Origin: Gordius albopunctatus
Taxonomy: Eukaryota
Reading direction: 5' to 3'
Assembly (NCBI GenBank): GCA_964276515.1
Contig: OZ193910.1
Coordinates: 434,001-498,000, forward strand
Length of the DNA: 64,000 bases
Positions 1 through 14,000 of this stretch are shown here, one piece after another. Position 1 is the first letter of the stretch. Every line of letters starts with the position of its first letter. The position numbers were made by a program, and so were the translations under genes. The notes beneath the pieces are model-generated. The model was not told the DNA's origin. It did no database searches and worked only from the letters and a program-made list of their open reading frames with translations.

Positions 1-166
1 CATCTTAATTCCCAAAACATTGCTAGATAGAGTTTCAAAATTTATTGTTTTGTCCTATCAAGAACTTAGAGAATTACAAAGAGTGGCTAAAAAGGTGTTA
101 TAAAATTGAAAATATAAAGAACGGATATATAATGATGTAGCCAAAAAAGTTAAGAAATTATTGAAA

Positions 167-1289
167 TTAAGCCAGAGCTGTAATTTCAAATTTGACTGTG
201 AAGGGTTTGGTTCCTTTAGGATATACTTGGCACTTTTCAAAATAATAAGTGTAAACATCAACGCCCGTCTTGGACATACAAATGACATCACCATATTTTT
301 TGCTGGATTTATCAAACATTTGAGCTCTGGTCGATTTGGGAAAGCATTTCAAATCGTCCCATTTTTTATCGGCTAAAAACAGAATTTGATTTATTTATTA
401 AACCAAAATAAATGTGTGTTTACTCGTATCAGGAATGATGATGTGGTAGAATTCAGCTTTAAATAGAGGTAAGGGCTGAACAAAATCCCCAAAAAATGGA
501 ATCACTGGTGTAATAGTGTATCTTAAAATGATGGTCGAATTGGTGACAGATCCAACGTTAAATGTCATATTGGACATCTATATTAATTTGTAAAATTAAA
601 CTTTAAAGGTTTATTAGTTTTATACTTTTCTTTCGATGAAGTCTCTGTTTTCTAACAAATTCCTGATTGCCACATCTCTCAACGTGTGCCCGAAATGTAT
701 TGATATTTGGTTGTTGGGAAGTCTTTGCATAGTTATATTTTGGATTCTTTCGTCCACCACTTTTATTAAAAATTAAAGTTTTAAATAAGTTATTTTTTGC
801 ATAAAAAACTATTTTTTGTAAAATTAAAATTATAAAAGTTTAAACCTATAACTACACTTTTCTCTTCAGATGCAGCCCGTTCATTTAAGCGTACCACCTT
901 AAGTTCTTTTTCTTCACAATCTCCCATTATTGACTTGGTAATGCTTATGATATCTTTATGACTCACAAACGATTTCACATAATAATCTTGCGCCTTTTCA
1001 ATTTAAATTACAAAAATAAGTCTATAAATAATCCGTACTTTTGAACATTTAATTGCCAAGTGATGATGGACGTTATCATCAAGATTGCGTTCTAGCAAAC
1101 TTTTTTCGTTCAAATCACCTATATGAATACAAAAAATTAAATATAAATCATTAAATTCAAGTTTGGAGGCCTAAATATGAATTTACCAGGCAGAAAAATT
1201 TGATCTTGCTGATCCGTTGGAAAAACTTTGACTAAATAAGAGGCACTAATATTGGATGGAAATCGAAATCGTTGGAATCTAGCTGTCAC
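167..1289 (-). CDS. 3' six exons of a multi-exon gene of unrecognised function; further upstream exons probably lie between ~3.0 and ~6.2 kb
   Basis: GT-AG bounded exons 1289-1187, 1118-1039, 993-846, 759-626, 577-424 and 372-167 splice in phase into one stop-free frame (VTARFQRFRFPSNISASYLVKVF...TDKKWDDLKCFPKSTRAQMFDK...FEITALA*). Exon-like open stretches at ~3090-3110, ~3690-3870 and ~5040-5450 could not be phased confidently. Confidence 0.7.
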
Positions 1290-1469
1290 CTAATATGTAT
1301 CATACTTGTTTACCCATTTACATCTTTACATTTTATTTATTTTTATAAATCAGTGGAAATAGTCAAGGCTAGTAAAGACCTGGTCTGAGTTGAAAATTAA
1401 AAAAAAAATTTGTCGAGCTCGGGTTTAAAAAAAGTTTTGATGAGGAAACGATTAGCATTAGCACCTCCC

Positions 1470-2005
1470 CTCTGATGGGAATAGCCTATTAAATATGCTA
1501 TGTCTACTAGCACATAGTTACTTAAAGCGCTATAAGCTATAGGAGATGGGAGGTTTGAGCCGCTAAAGCTATGGGAGATGGGAGGTTTGAGGTGCTAAAG
1601 CTATGGGAGATGGGAGGTTTGAGGTGCTATGAGCTATAGGAGATGGGAGGTTTGAGGGCTAAAGTATAGCCGATAGCACTTAAAAGCGCTAGAGCTATAG
1701 CACGGCGCCAACATTGATAATAATAATTTCAATGAAAACAATAGAGTATAATATGAACTTGTGCGTACTCACCCATGTTATTGTATTTTAATATCTAATA
1801 ATCAATTAAAAATTATTCTCAATGTTAGCGCCGTGCTATAGCTCTAGCGCATTTAAGTGCTATCGGCTATAGCTTAAGCGCCTCAAACCTCCCATCTCCT
1901 ATAGCTTATAGCACTTAAAGTGACTATGCGCTAGTAGACATAGCCGCATATGGGTGCTATGTGCTATAGCTTTAGCTCCTTAAAAACCCTATTTCCCCAT
2001 CACTA
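1470..2005. repeat. Foldback/MITE-like long inverted repeat with an internal ~31-bp tandem unit
   Basis: Left arm ~1495-1716 is the reverse complement of ~1819-1943 (e.g. gcgctagagctatagcacggcgccaacattga / tcaatgttagcgccgtgctatagctctagcgc). The unit gctataggagatgggaggtttgag occurs 4 times in the left arm and once in the right. Confidence 0.85.
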
Positions 2006-2022
2006 AAAAAGTGACTTTGCAG

Positions 2023-2222
2023 TAGTGTTGTAAAAAGGGCTGGGTGGTTTTGTTTGGTCAACCTTTGTTTCAACTAAGACTAACGGTCGACTCTGGTCTC
2101 TGTAGGTCGAATCTACTAAGTCCAGAGGTCAACTAAGAAAAATAGAGACCAAAACATATTTGGTCTCTTTATATTTACTCGACTAAAATCAAAGACCGGC
2201 CAAAGAAAAACCAGCCTTTGCA
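2023..2222. mobile_element. MITE family A (ends TAGTGTTGTAAAA...TTGCAACACTA); related copies near 6890-7022, 9105-9273, 21062, 21555, 23000-23150, 23525, 28440 and 52525-52730
   Basis: The terminal motif tagtgttgtaaaaa recurs, with shared internal motifs (ttagtcga, gagaccagag, gactaag) at many dispersed positions in the window. Confidence 0.7.
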
Positions 2223-5200
2223 GGTCTCTAAGCCTACGGGAAGTAAAGAGCATCAAGCAGCACTCTATGCATTTATAGTGCATGTTTGTGTTTACTTAAA
2301 TAAAGACAATACTAATAATTGGGGACTTACAGCCTGTGATTTTAGTGATATGTAAAGAGTACTATTCAGGTATGTTCTTATTTGAGTTATGTAACGGGTT
2401 GTGGGTCCCGACTCCTTAAGGGCGTGCCAGGAAATAGTGACCTCGTGGAGTATCGTGGGATGTCGACTTACAAATAAATAACCTGAATGAATAATTAAAT
2501 TTATAAGCACGAGTGAATGAATGTATGAAAACCTATTGCAGATGTGTTTTGAAATGAGAGCTGTGTGACCTGTGGTCTGGTCTGTTTAAGTTTTTCGTCT
2601 CTCTCTAATTCTAAAAAGACCCAAAAATAAGGCTAAGATAATATTAAATTTTTGGTTATATTTAAAGTTAATTATTGTTTAGGGAAAAATAATAAAAATG
2701 AAATTATATCATAGAATAGCTAAATCTTACGCCACTTTTTCATCATGCTTTCTCTATACCTTTTCCAATCATGTTCTAAATCTTACATATCATTTAATAA
2801 AAATAAATAAATAATTTATCGGCTTTTTATTTAAAAATTATAATAATTAAATTATATTTAATTTTTCAATTACTTGGATTTGGTATAGAATTAAACTTTA
2901 GGGGTATTAGACTATTAAATTCTGCGAGCCTTGCTATATGAGAAAAAAATAGGAACAAAATAAATTTTTATTTTATATAATTCAAGTATAACTACGTTTT
3001 TGTATTAGTTAAAAATGGAATAACCAGCAAATAAAATGAAAAATACAAAATAAACTATATTATAAAATATTTTTTGATGATAAATTTACCATCTTCAATT
3101 TTCCATGCCCCTATAAAATATCATAATCTTTGATAAACTCTTATTGGTGTTTCATAAAAATATCCTGCAGAATTTTAATTACTATACCCGAAACTAATTG
3201 AATTGAAAGAAGAAAGATGATCTCTAAAATATATTTCATACTTAATTTATTTTTAAAAAATGAAATTAAAAATTAATAAATGTGTAGTGGCGTTGTTAGT
3301 TATGAAATCGTTTGGCACAAGCATGGGCGTACCCAGGTTTTGGATTAGGGGAGCGGGGCGAAACGTGTAAAAGTAAACATAAATTGCATTCAATTTTTTT
3401 CGCCATTTAGGGGGGGCGGCCACCTGTCTTCTCCCATGGGCACAAGAAACGATATAATTTAGCTAATACAATGTTTACTTAAAATCATGATAGTTTTAGA
3501 GTTCATATTATAAAATTTATATATATTTTTAAAAACACAATTATCTAATCTATAAATAGATGTTTTATCCTTTTAGTTTAAAATATAAAAAGATATATAT
3601 ACATAAGGTTAAATTCATCGATTTTCGCAAAATAAACTAATAATGGAATCATTTTAATTTAAAAACCACGTAGAGCCACTTAAATTATGATATATAAACT
3701 TGTTTTTGCTAAGAAACTGTCTAACACAGGAAGCTTTTCTTGCAACCTATGGTACATGGACGATGGATATGAAAATTTTCCTACAGAAGTTTGGCACAAG
3801 AATTCCATAGTCTTTTTTTTAATTACTAGTCTACAAACGAATTCGAGGGCTATAATTAACCTCGGTTTCTAAAATTAAAAATTTTAATTATTTTTAAAAA
3901 TGATAATGTTTATGATCAAAAATTGTTTTTTCATTCAAATAGGTAATTATAGGTTTAATAAAATTAAATTGATATAAACTTGTTGACTCAAAAATATGCC
4001 TTCAGTTTTACATAAAGTTTTATAACAACTTTAATCTAAAATTAAATTATAATTCAACATTTTTAAAATGTACGATGTTTGTTATGTAATGTTTACCACA
4101 AGATACATTTGTAAAAGCCAAACGAGTTCATAAACTATTAAAGTACACAAATATTTTTTCAAAAACTTAAAAGTACGTACTACTTTTAAATTCCTTTCTC
4201 ATAAAATTAAATTCCAAATTTAATCAAATTCCGAACAAATTTTCTTAGCGGGATATTATTTTTGTATTTTCGCGAGCCTTGCCAAATTTATATATTAAAA
4301 TATTAGATTTTGAATTCAAAAAATTAATAAAAATATGCAATTTAATAATTTTTTTTAATAAACCTTTATTTTGAAATAAAAGTATTGAGACTTGAAAATT
4401 TTTTATTTTAAAGAAATATTAATCATGTATAATATAATAATTTTACAAAGAAATCATAATAATAAATAATTTAAAAAAAACAATCGAAGAATTATTTAAA
4501 ATTTCAAGTCTTGTGGGTTAAAATGGAATTTTGAATCAACTAAAAAACAATGTTCAAAGGCATATGTATTTGAGTCAATTCCAGCTTTAATGCTACATAA
4601 AACATCTTTAGATTTCCGATTTCCATTATATATGCCTTGAGAGATGCCTGAAGTAAACCAGTTTTCCATCTTAATTTTTTCTTCATTCTTGACTAAAAAG
4701 CAAAAAAATTTAAAATTTTATATATGATACAGGGATAAAATGTTTTGTATATACTCGCCCTTTTGAATTATACACTTTTATATCCATTCATAAAATATAC
4801 AGGGTTAGTGGACTAAAGGTGATTAACGTATTTAATAATTGCATTATTTTGGTGAAACACTAGCAATAATTCGAATGTTAAGAAAGCTAAAATTAATTAT
4901 TTTATAGATGGCGCTATAAGCAGTAATATATTTAATACAATTACTAATTTTCTACTATATTGTATAATATTACAGTTATATCTTTGTTTACTCTAGAAAC
5001 TCTAATTAAAATAAAACAAATAAGTGCATATTTCAATATGGCGGACAAATACTTGTTTGAGGAAAAAGGATGAGATAGAAGGTAGTTTCTGTAGGTATTG
5101 GGAAAATCATGTCACCATAAAGAGCAACAGTCCTTTTCAGAGAAATTTGCAAAATAGCTATTTCTTCAATACCTGAACTAGATATTTTCGGAACTAGGGC

Positions 5201-8000
5201 TTTTTTATCAAAATTAACTGTAGAAATCTAACATATGTTATTTAATGAATGTATGTCAGAAATGAAATTACCTCGGAAAACATCTGATAATTGGAGGAAA
5301 GGAGATTTCTTACATGAAATTGATAAACATCGTTTATAGTATTGTTTATGGTAAAAGTCAATGCTTGTGGCGTAATTTCGATAGAAATGTTATTCAATTT
5401 GTATGGTTTAACTGCGCGGAAGTGATATAGATGGTTAGTTTGTAAAAACATTAAATATATTTATTAAATTTTATTGATTACTCCAAGTAATATCTTTTAT
5501 CGGTGAAGTGTATGCATATTTCAAAGTCACAATTTCGAAGGCTTTGCAATTTTTTAATTGTTTGACAATATCTCTAATTTCGCTTAAACTCTTCTTTATC
5601 AACATATTATAACGATCGATCTATGTGTAAAAAAATATAACGATTCCCGTTATAAAATTCAAATTAAAAGCAGATTACCCCTTGACACTTGAAAGCTAAA
5701 TAATTATTGTTTCGCGATAATTTTAATTGTGTTACATTTCTACCCAATAAAACCTCTAAAATATTGAAATAAAATTTTTTTAAAAATTAAATATAACCTC
5801 TAGAAACAATTTTTGATGCATTGGGGAGTGCAGGATATACTTGTAACTTATAATAACCACTTTGAGTTAAGGTCACAGTGGTTTCTGATTTATTAATCTA
5901 TGCGCAAAGTAGAGATTATTTTGTTTTTTTTATAAAATAAAACAAACTCTAGGTGTCGAGAATTGAAGTTGAGTTTGTGAATTGTAAAATCTTCTGAAAT
6001 CTATGAAATAAACGTATGACCCATTTCCTACAAAATGCCATTTAGCTTGATAGACATTTTGCTTGTTTTCTATAAATATGGCACCTAAAAAATTATTTTA
6101 AAAATTAATTTTTATTTTAATTCTTTTTTTTTCAAATTAACTTACTAACTCCCATGCGGATATGACTATCTTGAATCTTCAGATTCACTTTCCCATCAAA
6201 TTTATCTAAAAATGAAAATATATTTTGTATTACCTAAAAAGGCAAAAAAAAGGAAAAATAATTTAAATTGCTAAAATTCTAAATCAAAAATTTAAATTAC
6301 ACGTAGAATGCGATTCATTGCATATGGCATTATGAATGAACAAAAAATAAACTAATATTTTGGAAATCATATCTGTAAAAACGTTAATTTTTAAATAATT
6401 TGTCGCGAGTTTGTTTTTCAGATGAAATTATAAAATGTGAAAAGTACAAAGTACAAATTTTATTTGTATATAATACCTACTGTTGTTTACCAAATTCAAA
6501 TAATTTATACTGTTAAATGCCTAATCTAAATTTAACTCTTAATTTATAACATGCTTTCTACCCCCACCCACCCTCTAGCACAAGTTAGAGTTATAATTAT
6601 CAAAAAACTAAGATAAAAAAAGTAGTTTAACACTTGGTTACTTTTGAAAAATTTATTTTTACACGAGGGTTTATATGAAATTCTACAATCTTGTTTAAGT
6701 TTCAATTCATTTTTAACAGGGGGGGGGTAAGGTCAGTCATGGTTAGCTACAGATATAAAACTATTTTCAATAGCCAACCCCCCCCCCCCCCCTATTGGCA
6801 AAAAATTAAATTATTGAATAATATTAATAGGACTCTTGATGATAAATTAAGACAGTTAAAATAGGATTTCATTATAGAGAAAAATCCTTGGCTTGTTCTG
6901 TCTTAGTGGACCCTTAGGCTTAGTCGAAATTTGAAAAAGAGACCAGAGTTGATCGACCGGTAGTCTTACTTGAAGCAAAGGTAGACCTAGAAAAAACCGC
7001 CAGGCGTCTTGCGACACAACTAAGTATACACAAATTTTCCCCCTCCCAAATTTATATAATTTTTTTGATTAATTCACTCAAAAACTAGAGGAACATGCTT
7101 ATGTCAATCAAATTTTAGTCATAAAAATAATTAATAAAATTTATTTTATTCTAAACGTTCAACATGCTTTATATAAACGCACTTTAAATTTGTTGCATTT
7201 AGATATCGCGAATGTTAATATTAGTTGAGATGAGCATGAAAATAAAATAAAAATGATAAATAGTCAAAATGTAATTTTACAAAGAGTTTTTACGCTTTCA
7301 TAATTAGGATAAATTTCAACGAATTTACTTTAAAATCTATTTGTTTAGAAACTGAGTCAGCTGATTCTACCATATAGATTCATCATCAAATTCTACTGAG
7401 GCTCGTTATGTTTTACCTTCAAGTTGATGGTTATTTATTATTTTCTAAAATGTTTCTTTAAATTCCTTTTTTATTGAGCAAATCCTATTAAATACTGAGC
7501 ATCTAAGTAACTTATTGCAACTTTTGTGGCTGAATTTTAATATTACTAATACGTGGCCTAATTTGACTCTTTTCACTTATAAATGCAACATTTTTTTGTG
7601 TGTTTATTTTGAAAAATTTAACCTTAGATAAGAAGCTTTAAAACATGTCTGATAAATTAATTCTATTTCCCCTATTACCCCCTGTGTTTAATCTTATGAT
7701 AGGAGTCATTGATTTTTCAAGAATTTTAATGATCATCGTAAGAAAAGTTTGCTAGAGAAGAGTCAGAAGGTCAATGCTATATTACACACCTTACTTTTAA
7801 TTTATTTATTAAAATTCAATGATGATACCTTTTATATAGGAAAAGTTTAACATAACTTCGATCTCTATCTATATAAAATGAATATCATTTCATCCCTTTT
7901 AATAATTCAAATTTTATACACCAAAAATCAAGTAAATTTCATTATTAAATTTATAAAATTTTATATTTTTTGTAAATATATATATATTATATTGATTTAG

Positions 8001-11000
8001 TTGTTAGAATGCGATATTACTAGGCTAAGGCTGCCCAGAGCTATTATAAGAGGAAACAACGACTACAGAAAATGGACAAATTTCCCTATTTTATATTCAT
8101 ATCCCACAAATTTAGGTAATAATAATAAAGAAATAAAAACTTTTCTTTTTATTTTCAATCTTAAAATTTATTTTTTTGTTAATAATTTACAAATTTAATT
8201 AAATTTAGATGCGGAAGTGATAAGAAAGATAGATAGAAGTTTAGATTTTTGGACAACCAATACGTGTTTAAGATTCAGAAGAGAGTCGAGTCCAGGGACC
8301 GTTGATCATTTATTTTTTGACACAACTGCTTTAACTCCGTAAGTTAAAAAAATTCCTTTTAATAAAAATATAAAAAACAATATTTGTTTTTTATTTTTAT
8401 ATACGAGGGAAGTTTAATATATTTACAAATTATTTTAAGCTTTTATTATTAACTATTTATTAACAAATTTTATCTTCAAAATTTATATAGAAAAATATAA
8501 TGCCCAGTTTTTTATTCATTATGCAAAGTTTTTTTTTGATTTTTGCCTATTTTTTTGTTTTGGTTATAAAAAACGAAATTTTCCGAAATTAATAGGCAAG
8601 CTTGTACTACGGGATTGGGTAGACAAGGGGGACGTCAGATTATAAGTATCGCTGGAGTCTGTCAAAATGTAAATCAATAATTTTTTTCAAAAATTATTTT
8701 TATCACTAATTTTAAATTAAAAATAAAATAATCTAAAAATAAAATATTGTTTAATATTTTTAAATTTTAAATAATAATTATTTTTATAGGTCAGAATAAT
8801 ATCTCAACTAATAGGTCGTGCTTTGGGTGTAATATACGAAGTTCAAAGGAGAGATAGAGATAGGAATGTTATAATACAAAACAGCAAAGTAACAAAATTT
8901 AAAATATTAAATAATTCTTATGCAAAAAAATGAATTGTATGATTTTTAAAATTTATTTATGATTCCTTATTAAGATTTTGAATCCAGTGACGGTTCCAAT
9001 AAATATTATTGATGCGGAAAACTACAACATTCAATATGAATATGGCAGTCTCATGTCTTACTTCCCAAACGTAAATATATTTATTATAGTTTTAAGAAAT
9101 ATAAGTGTTTTTGTTTGATCGACTTTTGGTTCAAGTCTCTGGTCTGTTTTTCGAATTCGGACCAAGCCTCGAGGTCCACTAAGAAAAAGAGACCAAAAAA
9201 TCTTTAGGCTGTTTCAGCTTAATCGACTAAGACCGAAGCCCGACCTAACACAAGCCAGCCTTTTTTGCAACACTTATATCTTCTTCTTTACTATGTAGGT
9301 ATTTCGTCTCACAGTCGTCGTAGGGTTTGTTTTGATGATAAGTTTCTTCAATCTTGATCGGTTAGATGCCGTGTCTGAATTAATCTTCTTAGTTTTCATA
9401 ACTTTGTCCACGTGCCCTTTCCACGTGACACGGGGTCGTCCTCTTCCTTTCTTCCCCGGTACCTCCATGTCCACTACTTTTTGAGATTTCCATCATTTGC
9501 CTCCCTTCTTAGTATATACGCATACCACCTTAGCCGATTTTCGTTAATCATGTGCGCCATAGGTTGTTGAATACCCATTTTTGGCATGAGAAAGTCATTC
9601 GTCATAAGGTCGAGCTTAGTAATCCCCAAACTCGACCCTATCATTCTGAACTCGGTGACCGTGTGGGTAGCCAAGGGGGGCAGGTAGGGGCGGCTGCCCC
9701 CCCTCTAAATCAAAAATTTTATTCTTTTTAAATTATGGGGTTAAAATTTAAAAAATGATCAATTTGCCCTCCCTCTGATTCCAATCCAATCCTGATTAAC
9801 CTCATGATGTCTGAGGCTAGTAATAGCTTTTCTTCCGTCCTGTTTAATGCCCATGTTTCACTCCCATACAGTAACACCCCTCTTACGATGCATTTGAATT
9901 ATTTATTACAATCATTTTTAAAAATTTATTCTTTGCCTTAGAATTTTAGTAATAATTATCATTAATAAATTAATAATAAATGAATAAAAATTTTATAAAT
10001 TAAACTAATTTAGGAATTCATAGATCCTGGTGTAGCATTGCCAACGGGTCCCGTATTTATAGCTACAGATGCTCAATATCAAGATACTATGGGATCTTCA
10101 TATGAGCCTTCCTTCTACGATATTTCAGCAGTTAACCAGTTTTATTGTAATAGTAAGTGAGGGGCATTTGCCCCCCCCCCAAATATTTTCCCAGAATATT
10201 TGGAGATTATTTTGTATAATAGTTGTGATTTTTGTTAATTTTAATGATTATAATTTTTATTTCAAAATAGCAACTTGCCAGGGCCAAAGTACGACCCAAT
10301 GTCAAAATCGTGGGTATCCTAGACCTACTGATTGTAATACATGTAATTGTCCAACGGGTTATAGCGGTCGCAAATGTTTACAAGCAGCACGTTCATGTAA
10401 TACTTTTAGTTGTATTTTATTTTTGGGTGTTATTTAACTGCTAAGTAAATAATTACAAATTGCTAAGTAATTTATGCTAAGTATTTTAATTAAAGTGCTA
10501 AGTATTTTATTTTTAAATGGTCAGTTTTTATTATTAAATTGCAAAGTTTTTATTTTGATATACTATGTTTTTTTATTAAAATGCTAAGTATTTTATTTAA
10601 AAAATCTAAATTATAAATTTTAATCAAAATCCTGAGTATTAAAAAATATAAGATAATAGGGTTTTAAAGCTAAAAAGGACAAAGTTTTAATGGTAATAAT
10701 TTCAAAGAAAATGTTTAATTTTTAAAAATTTTAGGTTTTCTATTTTGAAGTGCTAAGTTATTACTTTAAAATACTATGTTTTTTAATTCAAAGTTTTATT
10801 TATGACACAAAAATTTTTTCAACTTTAAAGTTAAGTTTTAATGGGAATTATTTTAATGAATTACCAAAATTTATAGTTGAAAAATATAATATTTCAATTT
10901 TATATTGTTATAATATAAAAAATAATTTATTTTAGATTTGAATAAAAAATTATGATTCTTTATTTGTAGGTAAAGAAATACCCTTCATGTTCTTATAATG

Positions 11001-14000
11001 ACTTGACATATAAAATAATCTAAATAGCCAATAGGATAATTGATAGAAATTTTATTCAACTACAATATATAATTATAATAACAGTGGCTTGTATATATAT
11101 TTATTGGACTATCAAAGCTTTTTTAGCTTTAGAAGGTCTTCCACGTCTTCTTTTTTCTCCTAATGTGACATTTTTGGCTTCCATAGGCAGTTTGCATAAT
11201 TTTAGTGTTAGAACTAATCCTATTACATGCTTGCAGATGAAATTATTGTGAAATGAGGCCACATATGGCTTTCTTCAAGGAAGGTTATGGACCAGGCCTT
11301 AAAATTTTGCTTTTTGAAATCCTCATAGGAGGCCCAGTCATCTATTCTGATTCTTGTATCCTGATTTATTGATTGACTTATTTTGGCTGGTACAGCATAA
11401 ACTTTTTTATTTTTATTGTTGTACACTATGGCATTTTTGCTGAGCTTTGCCCATTGGTAGCTTTCTGTCTAAAGCTTTGTTGAAATTGTTTGAGAAGATG
11501 ATATTGTAACTTGTTGTAATTGGTAATATACAGACCACTTTTTAACCATATCCATCGCAACAATTTTAAATCGAGCAAGAGGGATTCGTTCCCTTAGCAT
11601 ATAATAATCTTTTATTGTTCTATTCGTTGATTCCAAACAGTTGTGTGTGGATGGAGTATAAAGGCGATAACCATTGTACAAGGTATTATTTTTATTTATC
11701 CATTCCTTCTTAAAATAATCAATAAATGTAGGTATTTTGGAATCCCATTTTAGAAGGAAGAATTTTGTTGCTTTCAGAAAAACATTTTCATTCTGACAAA
11801 GTTGTAGCTTGTCAATGTCTTCAATTAATTCATCTTGATAGTGCTTGTCAACTAACATCATCTATTCCAGAATAATATGATTATAAATTTTGAGTTAAGT
11901 ACTTTTTTTTTGCTATGTTTCTTCTGACATGAGCATTTTATCCCCAAAAACAGCTTTAAAAGCATTATGAATTGCACTGACTGCATCAGTAACAAGAACT
12001 TCAAAAACTGGATTTTTATTGCTTAATTTCATGACCTCATTAGTCAAACTTTGAAACATGAACTTGAAGTCTTCTTCGGTTTGATGAGAAGCCGCACAAA
12101 CCCCCAGGGGATGAAATTATTTGTCAAGATCTGAGAGACCCACAACTAGAAGTGGAAAACCTTGCCACATAATTTTATAAGTAGCATCAGCATGCAATAC
12201 TTCTGAAAGGTGGGAGTTTAATAGCAACCTAAAAAATATATAAAACAAACAGTAACTATTTCTTTTTACTTTTTGGTTGAAATAAAAAATTTGAATCTTC
12301 CATCTTCGTAAGATACTTCATGGGCAACAACTATGTAGAGGGTGTCCTCTTCCAAAGGAATTGACGAATTTTCACTTAGCCAGAATTCTAGTTCCCCTAA
12401 GCTTATATTTGAGGCACCGTACTTTCTTTTCCTGAGTGCTGTCAAAGAATTTCTCAATTGAGGCATTGAGGGTGATGGCAGATTCATCTTATTGATGTTG
12501 TCTAATATGGATTTGGGTTTTAGACCCAATTCAAACATACGATGAACTTCACTTTTAACAGAATCATCAATTTTACTCAAGTTTGAGGGAGTAGATTGAT
12601 GGGTGTGCAAAGAATTAGCATTAAACACAATAACTCTTTCTGATGTTGATTCATAGAGCAAAAAACATCGTGCTTCGCATTGCACTCCACGAAACTTTAC
12701 TTGATTACATCTAAGTAAAATTACAATATTCATATATATAACAACATGTAATACACTTTTATGCCTTCCTCCGTTTTATTTCGGTACCAAAATTCCCATA
12801 TATTTTCGGCTTTAAAAGCCCTTTTTGCCTCACACTCATTTTCATAGGTGGCCTTTTTACCCATTCAATCGATCTGTACAACTGCCTTCTATGAATTTCG
12901 ATTCCTGCTTCTTCCTCTTTGTCTGATAAATAAGGCGAGATTTGTTGGACTTCCATAATTAAGCAATTAAAGGCATGTATGTCAAAATGGTGTGTGATCT
13001 TGGCGCCAAAGAACGCCAGTTATTGTTCGATCATAATGTCATATTAAATGTTATATAAAAAACAGACAGCTTAATTTGTTTTAAAATGTATAAAATCTTT
13101 TGAATACTTAGCAAATAATTTAAATACTTAGCATAAAATATTTAAATACTTAGCAAAACATTAAAATACTTATCAAACAAATAAAATACTTAGCAAAAAT
13201 AAAATAATTAGCAAAACAATAAAATACTTAGCAAAATTTATTTAAATACTTAGCAAATGAATAAATACTTTGCATTTGAATTTAATACTTACCATTAATT
13301 TAAATACTTAGCAAACGAATTAAATACTTAGCAAATGAATAAAATACTTAGCAAAATTGGAATAAAATACTTAGCAAATAATTTGTTGTGTTTGTTTTTG
13401 AGTCTGATAAATTTGTTTGCCCCTACCCAAGCCCGGCCTAAGTCCGACTCAAGCCTGGTCCCGAGGCGATTTTAATAAAAAAAAATATTATAATATTTAA
13501 ATATACCTACATCTATATAATACTGCAACAATTTAATATCAACTATATAAGTAATTTTTATGGATTTTTAGTTTACAGTTTAAACTTTTTAAATATTCCT
13601 GAAATTATAAAATTATATAACAAGATGAATTGGTATATTATAATCAACAATGAAATTTTTTATATAAAGCTCCATATTTTCTAGCTTATTTTTTAAAATT
13701 TTTTATATTTTAAAAGCTTTTTTTTGCAAATTAATATATTTTATAAAATTATAGTTAATTGTTCGTCGGATGTTGGTGCATTTGAAATTAGCGAAAGAAC
13801 TGCTCCAATAAGCATATCCACTCCTGGCTGGCCTACGGTTCTAACTTACAATTATGCTAAATGCTATTGGGTTTTTAACGTATGCATTTTACCCTTCACT
13901 TTAAAAATATTATCCTTTTATAGAATATGAAATATAAATATTTTATTTTTATTTTTTAAAATTTAATTTAAAAAGGCGTTGTGCAGCAATAACACCCGAG

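Noticed and set aside
1540..1670. Regularly spaced ~31-bp repeats resembling a CRISPR array
   Set aside because: The units are head-to-tail with no unique spacers, they sit in one arm of an inverted repeat, the context is eukaryotic, and there are no cas genes.
7340..7770. 5' (signal/pro-domain) exons of the astacin gene
   Set aside because: Exon-like, but most frames contain stops and I could not phase them to a start codon; left out of the model.
13100..13380. tacttagca array as CRISPR or telomeric repeat
   Set aside because: The spacers are short and AT-only, and an inverted array lies on the other side of the MULE transposase, so it is a transposon end.
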